Shown: positions 29,645 to 40,347, counted from the stretch's first letter. The stretch: DNA of 64,000 bases from an uncultured delta proteobacterium (GCA_963785725.1 CAWAWS010000030.1:1-64000), one strand, 5' to 3'. The notes: generated by a model not told the origin, from the sequence alone. A program made the numbers and translations.

Positions 29645-31453
29645 TTAGTTGCGGGTCGGCTTGTGCCCGTGATCGCGCAAGATCTCGTCGATGGCCGCTT
29701 CGTTCGACTCGGGCGGCAAGCTGGCGAACGCCGCCTCCAAATCGGCCGCGCGCGGCCGTGACGTCAAGCGCGGCTCGTCGCGCAGCCGATCTTCACGCCA
29801 CAATACGCGCTCCATCTCGGCCAACAGCGGCGTCGTCGTCGAGGCGTCGCGCGCGCTGATGGCGATCGAGTTGCCCCGCTCGGCCGCCAGCTCGATGATC
29901 TGCTCCGCCGACAGCTTGTCCGACTTGTTGAACACGATGAGCCGCTGCTTATCGATCAACTTGAGATCGGTCAGGATGCGCTCGACGGCCGCGATGTGCG
30001 CGTCGCGCGACGGATCGGCCGCGTCGACGACGTGCAAGAGCAGATCGGCGTCCTCCAGCTCTTCCAGCGTCGCGCGAAAGGCGTTCACGAGATCCTTCGG
30101 CAGATCGCGGATGAAGCCGACGGTGTCGGTGATGATGATCTCGCGCTCCGACGGAAAGCGCAGCCGTCGCGACGTCGGATCGAGCGTCGCGAACAGCTTG
30201 TTCTCGACGAGCACGTCGCCGTGCGTGAGCGTGTTGAGCAGCGTCGACTTGCCCGCGTTGGTGTAGCCGACGATCGAGACGATCGGCACTTCGTTGCGCG
30301 TGCGCAGCGAGCGCCGCTGCCCGCGCTGCTTGCCGATCTGCTTGATCTGCTGCTCGTACAAGTGGATCTTCTCGCGCGCGCGTCGCCGATTGATCTCGAG
30401 CTTCGTCTCGCCCGGGCCGCGACCGCCGATGCCGCCGGTCAAACGCGACATCATCGTGTTCTTCTCGTGCAAGCGCGGCAGCGTGTACTTGAGCTGCGCC
30501 AGCTCGACCTGCAGCTTGCCGTCCTTGCTCTGCGCGTGCTGCGCGAAGATGTCGAGGATCAACATCGTGCGATCGATGACCTTGAGCTCGACGACGTCGC
30601 TGATCGTGCGCGACTGCGCCGGCTGCAGATCGTGATCGAAGATCAGCATCGTCGCGTCGAACTGCAGCGCGCGCGTCACCAAGTCTTCGAGCTTGCCCTT
30701 GCCGATGAGGAACTTCGGATCGACCGCTTGCCGCCGCTGCGTCACGACGTCGATGACGCGCACGCCGGCCGTCTTGCACAGCTCCTTCAGCTCCTCGAGC
30801 CGCGCGTCGGCCGACTCCTGCGAGATGCGCCCGACGTTGACCTGCACCAGCACGGCGCGATCCTTGCGATCTTTCGGGTCGCCGTCGGTGACGATGCGCG
30901 CCGTCCGCGCGTACTCGGCGAACTCGTCCTCGAGCGCGCCGATGAGCTCGAGGAAGTTGGGCACTTCGAAGCGCTGCTGCTCGTGCGCCGAGATCGGATC
31001 GAGCGTGCGCCACTGCTCGTTCGCGGGATTCGGCGGCAGCAAATGCGCGCAGGTCAGCGGCCCCAATTGACCTTCGGGCGTCATGACGATCGCCGCCACC
31101 ATGTCGAGCCGCAGCTTCGCCAAGTCGACGTAGTTGTCGCGCGTCAGGCCCTCTTGCCGCAGATGCGTCATGATGAGCCGCACGCCGCGCAGACGACCGA
31201 TGCCCGCGCGTCGCGGCCCCAGATCCGGCAGCATCAGCTTGTTCTGATCGCCGACGATGACGTGCTCGATCGTGCCTTTGCGGTCGATCAAGATGCCCAC
31301 TTGCCGATCGGTCTCGCGCGAGCACTCACACAAGAACGCCGCCAGCTCCGGCGAGATGATCAACGTCGGATCGACGCGCCGACGAAAAACGCGGTCCAGC
31401 AGCTTCTTCTGCGCTGGCGACAGTCCCTGCACATTTCCCGACAGTGTTTCCAC
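29645..31453 (-). CDS. hflX: GTPase HflX (long form)
   Basis: ILDIFAQHA, GGRGPGETKLE, GYTNAGKST, LFATLDPT, DTVGFI, NKSD. Confidence 0.96.
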   Translation of the reverse strand: METLSGNVQGLSPAQKKLLDRVFRRRVDPTLIISPELAAFLCECSRETDRQVGILIDRKGTIEHVIVGDQNKLMLPDLGPRRAGIGRLRGVRLIMTHLRQEGLTRDNYVDLAKLRLDMVAAIVMTPEGQLGPLTCAHLLPPNPANEQWRTLDPISAHEQQRFEVPNFLELIGALEDEFAEYARTARIVTDGDPKDRKDRAVLVQVNVGRISQESADARLEELKELCKTAGVRVIDVVTQRRQAVDPKFLIGKGKLEDLVTRALQFDATMLIFDHDLQPAQSRTISDVVELKVIDRTMLILDIFAQHAQSKDGKLQVELAQLKYTLPRLHEKNTMMSRLTGGIGGRGPGETKLEINRRRAREKIHLYEQQIKQIGKQRGQRRSLRTRNEVPIVSIVGYTNAGKSTLLNTLTHGDVLVENKLFATLDPTSRRLRFPSEREIIITDTVGFIRDLPKDLVNAFRATLEELEDADLLLHVVDAADPSRDAHIAAVERILTDLKLIDKQRLIVFNKSDKLSAEQIIELAAERGNSIAISARDASTTTPLLAEMERVLWREDRLRDEPRLTSRPRAADLEAAFASLPPESNEAAIDEILRDHGHKPTRN

Positions 31454-31506
31454 GGTCGCAGAACCTACTCGATCACGCCCTTAGCCGCACGTGGTATGAT
31501 TGGATC

Positions 31507-32571
31507 GTGGCATCCCGCGCACTCGTCGTACACCCCAGCACGACCGCGGTGGCCGAGATCCGCGACGTCCTCTCCCAGCACGTCAGCGTCGATTCCGCGC
31601 ACACCGAGGTCGACGCCATCCGCCGGCTCGGCGACGCCGACTACGCCGTCGTCATCATCGACCACAAGCCGCCGCTCGACGCCAAGCGCATCGCCTCCGA
31701 GGTGATCGCGGCGCAGCCGGACGCCTTCATCGTGCTCATGACGCCGGACGTGGACTCGGGCCGCGAGCTCGATCAGTCGCTCGCCGGCAAGGTCTTCCGC
31801 TTCCTGGCCGGCCCCGATCAGCGCTGGCAGCTGACCGGCATCGTCGCCGAAGGCCTGCGGCTGCAGAAGCTCGAGCGCGACCAAAAGGAGCTGATCAAGA
31901 AGCTCTCGCTCGAATACGGCAAGCTGCAGCGACGGGAAAAGCTGCTCGACGTCGTCGTCAAAGAGCGCACCAAAGAGCTGCAGGTCGCTTACGATCGGCT
32001 CAAAGCGGCGTCGCGCCAGGCGTTGCTCGGTCTCGCCGAGGCCATCGAAGCCAAGGATCCGTACACGAAAGGGCACTGCGGCCGCACGGCGGTGTTCGCG
32101 ACGGCGCTCGGACGCGAGGCGCGGCTGTCCGAAGAAGACATGGAGACGCTGGAGTTCGGCGCCTTCTTGCACGACATCGGCAAGATCGGCGTCAAGGACG
32201 CGGTGCTGCTCAAGCCGGGCGCGCTCGACGACGACGAGTGGAAGCACATGAAGATTCACCCCGTCGTCGGCTATCAGATCGCGGTGCAGCTCGACATGTT
32301 GCAGCCGATGATCGCCTGCATTCGCAATCACCACGAACGCTGGGACGGCACCGGCTATCCCGACAAGCTCAAGGGCGCCGACATTCCGCTGCTGGCGCGC
32401 GTCGTCTGCCTCGGCGACGCCTACGACGCGATGGCCACCGATCGCCCGTACAAACGCGCGATCCCGATGGACGAGTGTAAGGCGATCTTGCGCCGGCAAG
32501 CCGGGCCGCAGTTCGATCCCGACCTCGTCGAGCTGTTCATTTCGCGCGGGATCATGGAGATGTTCGCCTAG
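31507..32571 (+). CDS. HD-GYP cyclic-dinucleotide phosphodiesterase with degenerate receiver domain
   Basis: KDPYTKGH, LHDIGKIG, HHERWDGTGYP, DAYDAM..DRPY. Confidence 0.92.
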   Translation: MASRALVVHPSTTAVAEIRDVLSQHVSVDSAHTEVDAIRRLGDADYAVVIIDHKPPLDAKRIASEVIAAQPDAFIVLMTPDVDSGRELDQSLAGKVFRFLAGPDQRWQLTGIVAEGLRLQKLERDQKELIKKLSLEYGKLQRREKLLDVVVKERTKELQVAYDRLKAASRQALLGLAEAIEAKDPYTKGHCGRTAVFATALGREARLSEEDMETLEFGAFLHDIGKIGVKDAVLLKPGALDDDEWKHMKIHPVVGYQIAVQLDMLQPMIACIRNHHERWDGTGYPDKLKGADIPLLARVVCLGDAYDAMATDRPYKRAIPMDECKAILRRQAGPQFDPDLVELFISRGIMEMFA

Positions 32572-32580
32572 CGAAGCGCC

Positions 32581-32634
32581 GTTCGTGAGGTTCGCGGCAC
32601 GAACCATTGTCGTTCGTGGCACGAACCATCGAAC
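32581..32634. repeat. Short palindromic direct repeat, 2.5 copies
   Basis: GTTCG(C/T)GGCACGAACCAT at 32590-32607 and 32612-32629; half copy at 32581. Confidence 0.7.
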
Positions 32635-32642
32635 GCTCGGGC

Positions 32643-32954
32643 TCAGCGCTGATGCGCCGGGCCTTGTGTCAGAAAGTCCATCATGTGCCGGTCGTCGATC
32701 TTGTTCTGCAGCTCTTCGTCGGTCTCGGCGGCGCCGAACGGGATGTCGGAGATCTCGCGATCGCGCTCGGGCAGCTCGATTGGCTTGCAGATGATCTCGT
32801 TGTCGGTGACCGTGACGATGCAGTCCAGCGGCGCGAAGAAGCGCTCCTTGAAGATGATGCCGCTCTCGACCTCGAACTCGTCGCGCCCCACCGCCACCAA
32901 GGTGCCCACTTTGCGACCATCGTTGGTGCGGACCGTCATGCCCGGTCGGATCAT
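32643..32954 (-). CDS. Small PRC-barrel/DUF2171-like protein
   Basis: MIRPGMTVRTNDGRKVG...EVESGIIF; GGAGGAG RBS. Confidence 0.75.
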   Translation of the reverse strand: MIRPGMTVRTNDGRKVGTLVAVGRDEFEVESGIIFKERFFAPLDCIVTVTDNEIICKPIELPERDREISDIPFGAAETDEELQNKIDDRHMMDFLTQGPAHQR

Positions 32955-32980
32955 GTGATCTCCTCCTCGGGCTGATTGGT

Positions 32981-32996
32981 AGCACCGCGCATGCCG
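32981..32996 (-). promoter_or_regulatory. Candidate sigma54 promoter
   Basis: CGGCATG-CGCG-GTGCT (GG-N10-GC) upstream of the RBS. Confidence 0.5.
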
Positions 32997-33025
32997 AAGC
33001 CGCGGCCACGCTCGTCGACGGCAGC

Positions 33026-34513
33026 TCAGCGCGGGACGAGCCACCACACCGGGCGACGACGGTTGCTGTCATCGCCCGGTGGCCCCAAGAGCTGCGTGGC
33101 CGTCGCGCGTCCGAACAGCGGCTGCAGGCGCGGATTCACCGGCTCGTCGACGACCACGGCGGCGAAGCGACGCGCGCGCACGGCGTCGTCGAAGCCGCGC
33201 ACGGCGACGCCGGTGAGGGCCAGATCGTCGGCACCCATTTCACCCGCCAGCGGACGTTTGCCGGCCAAGCGCGCATACCACGCGTGCGCGGGCAGCCAAA
33301 CGTCACCGTCGACGGCGCTCAGCCGCGCGATGAGCCGCGCGGTCGCCTCGCGGTCTTCCGCTGCGGGAAGCTCCGTAGCCGGCTCATAGCCGTTGGCCTG
33401 ATGGACGTGATAGGTCGACGGATGCGCCAGCTGAATCAGCCGCGGCACGAGCCCCGGCGCCGTCAGGATCGTCGCCGCCACGAGCGCCCACGCCAGCGCC
33501 GCTCGCCGCGGGTGACGATCGTCGACGAGCCGGCTGGCCGCGACGGCGATGAAGAGCGCGCCGAAGTAGACGCCGGGCAAGAGCGCGTTCGTGTACGCGC
33601 CCCAGGTGCCTTTGGCGACCGATGACACGGCCACGCCGACGGCGGCGAGCCACGCGGCATAGCGCAGGTCGACGTCGGCGCGCGCACGAACGAGCGCCCA
33701 CGCGGTCAGCGGCAACGCCGGCAAGAGCAGCAGCGCCAAGCGTCCCGGCACGTAGCTGGCGGCGAGCAGCGAGTACGGGTGCGAATGATGGACGCGATAG
33801 ATGTAGAACCAGAACCAGCCGTCGGTCGCCCGCTGCATCAGCCACAGCGCCGGCAGACCGATCGCCGCCAGCGTCGCCACGAACGTCGCGGCCGCGCGCC
33901 GGTCGACGACGACCAGCGCCAGCGCCACCGCCAGCATCAGCGGCGCCGCCGTCTGCTTGGCGAAGAAGGCGGCGACGAGCAGCAGCGCGCCCGCGGCCGG
34001 CCGCCAATGATGTCGGCTGTCATCATTGGGTGGGTCATGCGCGGGCCAGGCGATCGTCGTGCCCGCGGCCGCCAGCAGCAGCCACAAGCTGTCGACGCGC
34101 ACGAGGTCGATCCAGGCGCCCGTCGGCACGTAGGCCGCGCACGGGATCGCCAGCGCCGCCGTCGCCAGCGCCGGCGATGCGCGCAGTCGCCGGCAAAAGC
34201 GCCAGCCGACGACGAGCGCGCCCGCGAACGCCGCCACCGACAGCGCGCGCCCGACGACATACGACACGCCGAAGACGCGCCCGAGCTGCGCCAACAGCCA
34301 CGGATAGAGCGGCGTGTACGGATGCGGCACGAAGTCGAGCGACGGCGGCGGATAGAGCGGCTGGCCGTCGCGGAGCCGCTGCGCGTGCCACAAGGTCGCG
34401 CCCTCCAGCCACTCGAGATCGTACGGATAGGCGATGCGCCGCGCGATGAGCCACACGAGCGCGCCGACCGCCAGCGCCGCCGCCGCCAGCGCCAGCGCGC
34501 GGATGGCACGCAT
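33026..34513 (-). CDS. Polytopic membrane protein, GT-C/ArnT(PMT)-like glycosyltransferase
   Basis: DLEWLEG, YTPLYP, RVDSL and FAKQT motifs; many TM segments. Confidence 0.7.
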   Translation of the reverse strand: MRAIRALALAAAALAVGALVWLIARRIAYPYDLEWLEGATLWHAQRLRDGQPLYPPPSLDFVPHPYTPLYPWLLAQLGRVFGVSYVVGRALSVAAFAGALVVGWRFCRRLRASPALATAALAIPCAAYVPTGAWIDLVRVDSLWLLLAAAGTTIAWPAHDPPNDDSRHHWRPAAGALLLVAAFFAKQTAAPLMLAVALALVVVDRRAAATFVATLAAIGLPALWLMQRATDGWFWFYIYRVHHSHPYSLLAASYVPGRLALLLLPALPLTAWALVRARADVDLRYAAWLAAVGVAVSSVAKGTWGAYTNALLPGVYFGALFIAVAASRLVDDRHPRRAALAWALVAATILTAPGLVPRLIQLAHPSTYHVHQANGYEPATELPAAEDREATARLIARLSAVDGDVWLPAHAWYARLAGKRPLAGEMGADDLALTGVAVRGFDDAVRARRFAAVVVDEPVNPRLQPLFGRATATQLLGPPGDDSNRRRPVWWLVPR

Positions 34514-34515
34514 GG

Positions 34516-35505
34516 TCAGGGCAGGAATTCGCCGACGCCGTTCCACACGCCGGCGTCGATGGCGGGACCGACGCCGCCGTCGAAGGCGAAGGGCGCCATC
34601 AAGCTGCCGCCCAAGAACTGGTCGCCGACCGTGCCGGCGCTACCGTTGGCGAAGAGGCCGATCAACATGCCGCCCTTCTTGACGTACGCGAAGTCGACCA
34701 GGCGATCGCAGCAGCTGGTGACGATCGACGGCGGCATGGGGATGGCGGCGTCGATGCCGGTGTCGACGGGCCCGTTGTCGCTCTTGGTGAACACTTCGAT
34801 GCGGCTGGGCGTCGGGATTTGATAGAAGGCGACATAGAGCTGATCGCCGTCGGAGGCGCAGGCCGAGGCCACGCCGGTCATCGACACCGACGGCAAGATC
34901 TCGGTCACGCCGTCCGGCTTCAGGCGATGCAGCGTGCTCGTCGTGAGCGTGGCGCGCGGCTCGAGCACGATGAGCTCGTTGTTGAAGGTGCACAGGTCGC
35001 GCGTGCGAAACGCGGGAACGTTCAACAGCGGCGCCGCGCCCTGCACGATCGTATCCAGCTCGCCGCCGCCGCCGTAGAGCACGAGGTAAATCATCGACGA
35101 GAACGCGCGATTGTAGTTGGCCATGGCGAACGGCTCGACCGGGTTGGGGTCGAACACCTCGACGTGCGGCTTGTCGTCGATCACGAGCCGCCACAGCGCC
35201 GGCGTGCCCATCACGTCGGCGCCCATCGACGTATACGTCACCAGCAGCTGCGGCGTGCACGCCGGATCGTCGCTGTCGGTGTAGCCGTTGCTGTCGTTGT
35301 CGCAGCCGTCGTCGCAGATCTCGGCGCCCTTGGGGCACACGAACATGTCGGGGCCGGCGTCGTCCTGCGATAAGTCCGCGGCCGCCACCGGCGCGAACGC
35401 CATGTCCGGCGGCGGCAATAGATCGGCCGGCTGCTCGGCCACGGTGGCACGGCAGCCGGCGATCATCAACAAGGCGACGAGGCTGAAGTTACGACGTGCC
35501 AGCAC
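34516..35505 (-). CDS. Cys-rich lipoprotein with myxobacterial EICDDGxDND motif
   Basis: Lipobox IAGC; EICDDGCDNDSNGYTDSDDPAC. Confidence 0.75.
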   Translation of the reverse strand: MLARRNFSLVALLMIAGCRATVAEQPADLLPPPDMAFAPVAAADLSQDDAGPDMFVCPKGAEICDDGCDNDSNGYTDSDDPACTPQLLVTYTSMGADVMGTPALWRLVIDDKPHVEVFDPNPVEPFAMANYNRAFSSMIYLVLYGGGGELDTIVQGAAPLLNVPAFRTRDLCTFNNELIVLEPRATLTTSTLHRLKPDGVTEILPSVSMTGVASACASDGDQLYVAFYQIPTPSRIEVFTKSDNGPVDTGIDAAIPMPPSIVTSCCDRLVDFAYVKKGGMLIGLFANGSAGTVGDQFLGGSLMAPFAFDGGVGPAIDAGVWNGVGEFLP

Positions 35506-35507
35506 GA

Positions 35508-38357
35508 CTATGACGAGGCTTCGTCCCCTCCATCGGGCGCGCTCTCGTCGAGCAGCGTGAGCGCGATCGCCAGCGCCTTCTTGGCCCGGCTGACGATGCT
35601 CTCGTCCGACTTGATGCGCTGATACGCCTTCAAGATCTGATCTTGATAGCTGGCCGACTCTTTTTCCAGCTCGGCGATGCGCGCCGCCCGCTCGTTCAAC
35701 GTGAGCTCGCGCTGATCGATGTCCGACAGCGCGCTCTTGAGCTTGCCTTCGAGATCGGCGACCTGCGCCGTCAGCTGCCGCCCTTCACCCTGATGCGTCT
35801 CGACCTGCTGCTCGAGCTCGCCGATGCGCGAATGGCCGTCGGTGATGAGCTGATCGCGCTGCGCGATGGCCGCGTCATAATCGGCCACGACGCCGGCGTG
35901 CGCGCTCTTGAGCTCGTCGGTCGCCTGCTGATGGCGCTGCTGCATGCCCGTCTTCAGATCGGCGTGCGACTCCTCGAGCGCCTGCATCTTGCGCATGTGC
36001 TGCTCGCGCGCCGCTTTCAGCTCGTCGGCGAGCTTCTGCTCGAGCTCCGTCCGCGTGCGCGCCAGCTCCTGACCATGCGCGTCCGCCGCTTCGCGCAGCT
36101 CCGACTGCCGCCGCTCGTCGAGCGCATGCAGCGCCGCGATGTGATCCTCTTCCAGCCGCTGCTGCTCGGCCGTGTGATCGGCCGCGACCCGCTCGACTTC
36201 GGCGCGATGCTCGTCGGCCTTGGCGTTCAGCTCGGCCTGGCGGCGCTCGTCGGCCGCCTGCAGCTCGCCCTTGTAGCGCTCGTGCAGCTGCGCCGTCTCG
36301 TCCTGATGGCGCCGATCGATCTCTTTGGAGTCCTTCGTGTGCCGCGCGCGCAGCCCGGCGATCTCGTCGTTGTGCAGCTGCTCCTTCTCGGCGAGCGCCT
36401 GCTCCTGCTCCGACTTCAGCTTGGCCGTCGTCGACGCATGCTCCGACTTCAGCCCACTGACGAGCGACTCGTGCCGCTGCTCCTGATCGGCGATCTGCTG
36501 CTCGAAGCGCAGCTTGATGCCGTCGCGCTCGTTCTGCGACGAATCCCGCAGCTGCTGCAGCTGATCGGCGAGCTCGCTCTCCATCCGCGCCCGCTCTTCC
36601 TCGTGCTTGCCGACGAGCAGCGCCTTGTCCTCTTCGTGCGTGTCGGCGGCGCGCTGCAGCAGCATGCCGTGCTCGCCCGCCTGCGCGTCGAGCGCCGCCT
36701 GATGCTGCGCCTGCAGCGAGTGCAGCTCGCCTTCGTGACGCGCCATCGCGTCGTTGTAGGCTTGCGCCGCCGCGGCCGCGTCGTTGGCGTGCTTCTGCTT
36801 CCAGCTCTCGAGCTCTTGGTCGTAGCGCTGAATCGACTTGAGCGCGTCATCGAGCCGCGCCTTGACCTGCTTCTCACGCTCGACCGAACGCTCTTTGTCG
36901 TTGCCGAGCGCCTCGATCTTCTCGCGCGCCGCCACCAGATCCTTCTCGAAGTTCAGCGAGTGCTCATCGGCCTCACGCGCCTTGCGATCGAGCTCGCGGA
37001 TCTTGTCCTTGTTGTCGAGCAGCAGCCGCTCTTTGGCGTCGTTGGCGTCGCGAAGATCGAGGACCTCTTTTTCCTTCTTGTTGATGATCTCGCGCAGGTT
37101 GAGGAATTCGCGCTCGCGCGAGAAGCCGCTCGTCGCCGCCGGCGCATCGGCCGGCTTCGCCGCCAGCTTCCTCTGCAAGTCCTCGACGTCGCGGCGCAGC
37201 TGATCGCGCTCGCGCCTGAGCTCGGCGACGGCCGCCGCGCCCGTGTCGTGCGCCGCGGTGTCGGCCGGATTCGCCGCCGCGCCCGACGATGACGCTGCCG
37301 CCACCGGCATGAGCGGCGACAGCGGCGACATGACACTGTTCTCGTTACGCGCCGCCGACGTGATGATGCGCGGCTGCGACTGCGTGCGCGGCCGCATCGT
37401 CGGCTGCGCCGTGGCCTGACGCGCGACATCGTCGAGCCCGAGATCGAGCGGCTCCGACGGCGACTCGCGCATCGCCTGCAGCGGCATCGCGTCCGTCGGC
37501 GGCAAGGCCGGCGGCAGCGCGCCATTCTCGTGCGGCAGCGCGAACGGATCGTCGTCCTCGCCGAAGCCTTCGTCGAGCGGCAGCTCGAGCGGCGCCGCGC
37601 GGGTCGCTGGCGTCGCCGGCGGCTTCTTCGCCTGCGCCGACGCCATCGACGGCAACTTCGCGATGGGCGCCGCTTTCAGCTCGGGCTCGGGCGGCAGATT
37701 GTGCGTCTCCGTGCCTTCGTCCTGCTCGGCGCCGATGGCCGCGAACGCCGCCTCGGTCTCCATGTCCACTTCGCCGTCGATGTTCATGACGCCGATGCGC
37801 GTGCGATCTTCCTCGTCGGCCAAGAAGCCGGCCTGCGTCGGCGCCTGCGCGTTGCCGTAGAGCGGCTCGGGCGCGCCCGAGCCATACAGCGGCTCGGCCG
37901 ACTCTTCCTCGATGATCGAGCCGTCGTCCTCGATGGCGACTTCGTCCGACTCCATCGGAATCTCGAGCGCGTCGGCGGCTCCGTCGGGCATGCCGATGAG
38001 CCCGCCGATCTTCTCGACCAGCGCCTCGACACCGAACGGCTTGTGCAAATACTCCTCGGCGCGCGTCTTCAGCTTCTTGTGATCGTCGAAGTCCTTCTCG
38101 GTCGCTTCGGCGCTGGTGATGATGAGCGGCGTCGACTTGAGCGTGTTCGACTTCCGCAAACGATTGCACACGGCCCAGCCGGTACGCTTGGGATCGATGC
38201 ACAGGACGACCAGCAGCGGCAGATCGTCCTTGCGGAGCATGAGGTCATTGGAATCGGCCGCCGCCTCGACGCGGAAGCCGTAACGATGGAGCTCGCCGAC
38301 GAGATGCGAAGTCAGGTTGGCGTCTGCATCGATCAGATACACGAAGCGCTGGGACAT
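35508..38357 (-). CDS. frzS: FrzS-like pseudo-receiver / long coiled-coil protein
   Basis: Receiver lacks the phospho-Asp (VVLCID); [15 protein letters not shown]...GGLIGMP resembles FrzS HRKLKAHADEYVAKP as I recall it; >500-aa coiled coil; ends [10 protein letters not shown]. Confidence 0.75.
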   Translation of the reverse strand: MSQRFVYLIDADANLTSHLVGELHRYGFRVEAAADSNDLMLRKDDLPLLVVLCIDPKRTGWAVCNRLRKSNTLKSTPLIITSAEATEKDFDDHKKLKTRAEEYLHKPFGVEALVEKIGGLIGMPDGAADALEIPMESDEVAIEDDGSIIEEESAEPLYGSGAPEPLYGNAQAPTQAGFLADEEDRTRIGVMNIDGEVDMETEAAFAAIGAEQDEGTETHNLPPEPELKAAPIAKLPSMASAQAKKPPATPATRAAPLELPLDEGFGEDDDPFALPHENGALPPALPPTDAMPLQAMRESPSEPLDLGLDDVARQATAQPTMRPRTQSQPRIITSAARNENSVMSPLSPLMPVAAASSSGAAANPADTAAHDTGAAAVAELRRERDQLRRDVEDLQRKLAAKPADAPAATSGFSREREFLNLREIINKKEKEVLDLRDANDAKERLLLDNKDKIRELDRKAREADEHSLNFEKDLVAAREKIEALGNDKERSVEREKQVKARLDDALKSIQRYDQELESWKQKHANDAAAAAQAYNDAMARHEGELHSLQAQHQAALDAQAGEHGMLLQRAADTHEEDKALLVGKHEEERARMESELADQLQQLRDSSQNERDGIKLRFEQQIADQEQRHESLVSGLKSEHASTTAKLKSEQEQALAEKEQLHNDEIAGLRARHTKDSKEIDRRHQDETAQLHERYKGELQAADERRQAELNAKADEHRAEVERVAADHTAEQQRLEEDHIAALHALDERRQSELREAADAHGQELARTRTELEQKLADELKAAREQHMRKMQALEESHADLKTGMQQRHQQATDELKSAHAGVVADYDAAIAQRDQLITDGHSRIGELEQQVETHQGEGRQLTAQVADLEGKLKSALSDIDQRELTLNERAARIAELEKESASYQDQILKAYQRIKSDESIVSRAKKALAIALTLLDESAPDGGDEASS

Positions 38358-38633
38358 TGTGGGCACACTCCGGCCTAAGAGCCGAGTACAGCCCACCGAT
38401 TTTATGTTGTTAACGCCGCGGAATCAACAGCACATCCGCGAATGAATGCCGAGCCGACGGTAGGTCGAACACGCACTGCGGAGCCAGGTTAGCGAGGCTT
38501 ACGAGCGTACAGGCCGGACACGGGACGGCCCGGCGCGGAGTCGCGCCGGCAGCAGGAGTGGGGTCCCGACAGGCTGTGCCATGCGGGCGAGGCGAGGCGG
38601 CACGCCTCGCGTGATGAGGCCGTAGCCGAAAGG

Positions 38634-39398
38634 CTACGGCGCGATGGCGGCCGAGACGAGCTTGGTCATCTGCTCTTGGTCCATGTCGGACGCGATGGCG
38701 TAGCCGACCCCGCGATCTTGGAACATGGCGACGTTGTAGCCGTGCTCCTCGTCGAAGAAGACGTCGCGGTTGCCGATCGTCGCCTTGTGCTGCGCGTGCA
38801 CCGGCAGCCCGCTCGGGTCGAACACGAAGACGCTGACCTTGTTGCCGTTGACGTCGTAGACGAGGTAGGCGGCCTGCTTGTCGCCGATCGACGCCAACCG
38901 CCCGCCGCGCAACGCCGCCGACGCCATGCGGAACTGCGGCACGTGCACCGGGAAGTCGACTTTATCGGCGTACCAGTTGCGCACTTTGTCGGTGCCGCCC
39001 GAGATCTCGATGGGCAGGTTGCGCTGGTGCTTGGCCACGACGTCGGCCGCGACCGGCGACCACTGCAGCTTCGACACGGCGAACGTCGCGATGAGCCCGA
39101 CCGCCATCGCCGCCGGCAGCGCGCGCACGGCCCATTGCCGCCAGGTCTGCATCGGCTTGGCTTCGCGAGCGATCGAGCGCGCGATGCGGTTGCGCAGGGC
39201 CGCCGGCGCCACTTCGCGCGGCGCCGCGGCCTGGATCGCCTTCTTCCAGTCGGCCTGCAGCCGCACTTTGCTGCGGCAGCCGTCGCAGTCGCTCAAATGA
39301 GACTCGAACTCGACGCGGTCGCCTTCGCCGAACTCGCCGTCGAGATAGGTGTCGACGAAGCGCGAGATCCCCGCGCAGCGCAACGCTTCCCGGCTCAT
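38634..39398 (-). CDS. Zinc-binding (zf-HC2) transmembrane anti-sigma factor
   Basis: C...YLDGE...HLSDCDGC; one TM; periplasmic domain. Confidence 0.9.
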   Translation of the reverse strand: MSREALRCAGISRFVDTYLDGEFGEGDRVEFESHLSDCDGCRSKVRLQADWKKAIQAAAPREVAPAALRNRIARSIAREAKPMQTWRQWAVRALPAAMAVGLIATFAVSKLQWSPVAADVVAKHQRNLPIEISGGTDKVRNWYADKVDFPVHVPQFRMASAALRGGRLASIGDKQAAYLVYDVNGNKVSVFVFDPSGLPVHAQHKATIGNRDVFFDEEHGYNVAMFQDRGVGYAIASDMDQEQMTKLVSAAIAP

Positions 39399-40024
39399 GA
39401 TTTCTTCGCTCCCGCCGACGGAAATTCGATCACGTCCGCGTCCTTCACGATGCCCTCACGCACGGCATAGTCACGCAGCGCCTTCTGCAGCAACCGGCGA
39501 CCACGGTGCAGTCGGCTCATCACCGTGCCCACCGGACAATCCATGATATCGGCGATCTCTTTGTACGAAAAGTCCTCGAGATCGCACAAGACGACCGCCA
39601 TTCGATAGTCGTGCGGCACCGCCGCCAGCGCGTTCTTGACGTCGTCGGACAAGATGTTGCCGATGATCATGCCTTCGGGATCTTTCGACGCGACGGCCAC
39701 GTCTTCGCTCATCAGCGACGGCGTCTCGTCCTGGTCGATGACGTCCCGAACCTCACGCTCACGCACCTTCTTCCGGTACTTGTTGATGAACGTGTTCGTC
39801 AGGATCTTGAACAGCCACGCCTTGCAGTTCGTCCCCGGCTCGAAGCGGTGAAAAAAGCGATAGGCCGTCAACATGGTGTCCTGCACCAAGTCTTCGGCGT
39901 CGCGCGGGTCTCGCGTCATGCGCAGCCCGGTCGCGAACAGGCTGTCCGTAAACGGCATCGCCTGCGCCTCGAACGTGTTCCGCCCGACGTGCCGGTCGCT
40001 GCTTTGTGAGCTTCTACCCAGCAT
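39395..40024 (-). CDS. ECF sigma factor (SigR/SigH-like, RpoE1-like)
   Basis: [54 protein letters not shown]. Confidence 0.95.
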   Translation of the reverse strand: MLGRSSQSSDRHVGRNTFEAQAMPFTDSLFATGLRMTRDPRDAEDLVQDTMLTAYRFFHRFEPGTNCKAWLFKILTNTFINKYRKKVREREVRDVIDQDETPSLMSEDVAVASKDPEGMIIGNILSDDVKNALAAVPHDYRMAVVLCDLEDFSYKEIADIMDCPVGTVMSRLHRGRRLLQKALRDYAVREGIVKDADVIEFPSAGAKKS

Positions 40025-40034
40025 GTGAGATGAC

Positions 40035-40060
40035 AACAGCCTCCCGAGAAGCGTTATTCC
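40035..40060 (-). promoter_or_regulatory. ECF autoregulatory promoter GGAAT-N18-GTT
   Basis: Minus strand GGAAT AACGCTTCTCGGGAGGCT GTTG, 10 nt before ATG 40024. Confidence 0.7.
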
Positions 40061-40131
40061 ACCGAAAAATGTGACGCTGGGAGTAAGATGTTGCCCGACT
40101 TTTCGTGATCACAGCGAAAATGGGAGGATCC

Positions 40132-40347
40132 ATGCGAAGAATCTTGTTGGCGGCCGCGGCCTTGGGTGGCCTCGGTGCCGCCTCCGGCTGCATGTACACG
40201 GCGGTGACGCCTGCCGTCCAGGGTCGCACGTACGTGGTGCGCGGCTCGTTGGGCGGCTCGGACTTCTGGAACTGTGATGCAACGTCGGGCGAGCCGGTTT
40301 GCTATCAGACGCAAAAAGTCGTGTTGCCGCCGGGGACCAACAAGTGA
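40132..40347 (+). CDS. Tiny lipoprotein A (71 aa)
   Basis: GGAGG RBS; lipobox ASGC; WNCDATSGEPVCY. Confidence 0.75.
   Translation: MRRILLAAAALGGLGAASGCMYTAVTPAVQGRTYVVRGSLGGSDFWNCDATSGEPVCYQTQKVVLPPGTNK

Noticed and set aside
38603..38640. Hammerhead-like core GTGATGA-GGC-CGTA-GCC-GAAA
   Set aside because: The conserved C3 is G, there is no room for stem I, and the alternative 9-bp GAAA hairpin explains the sequence better.
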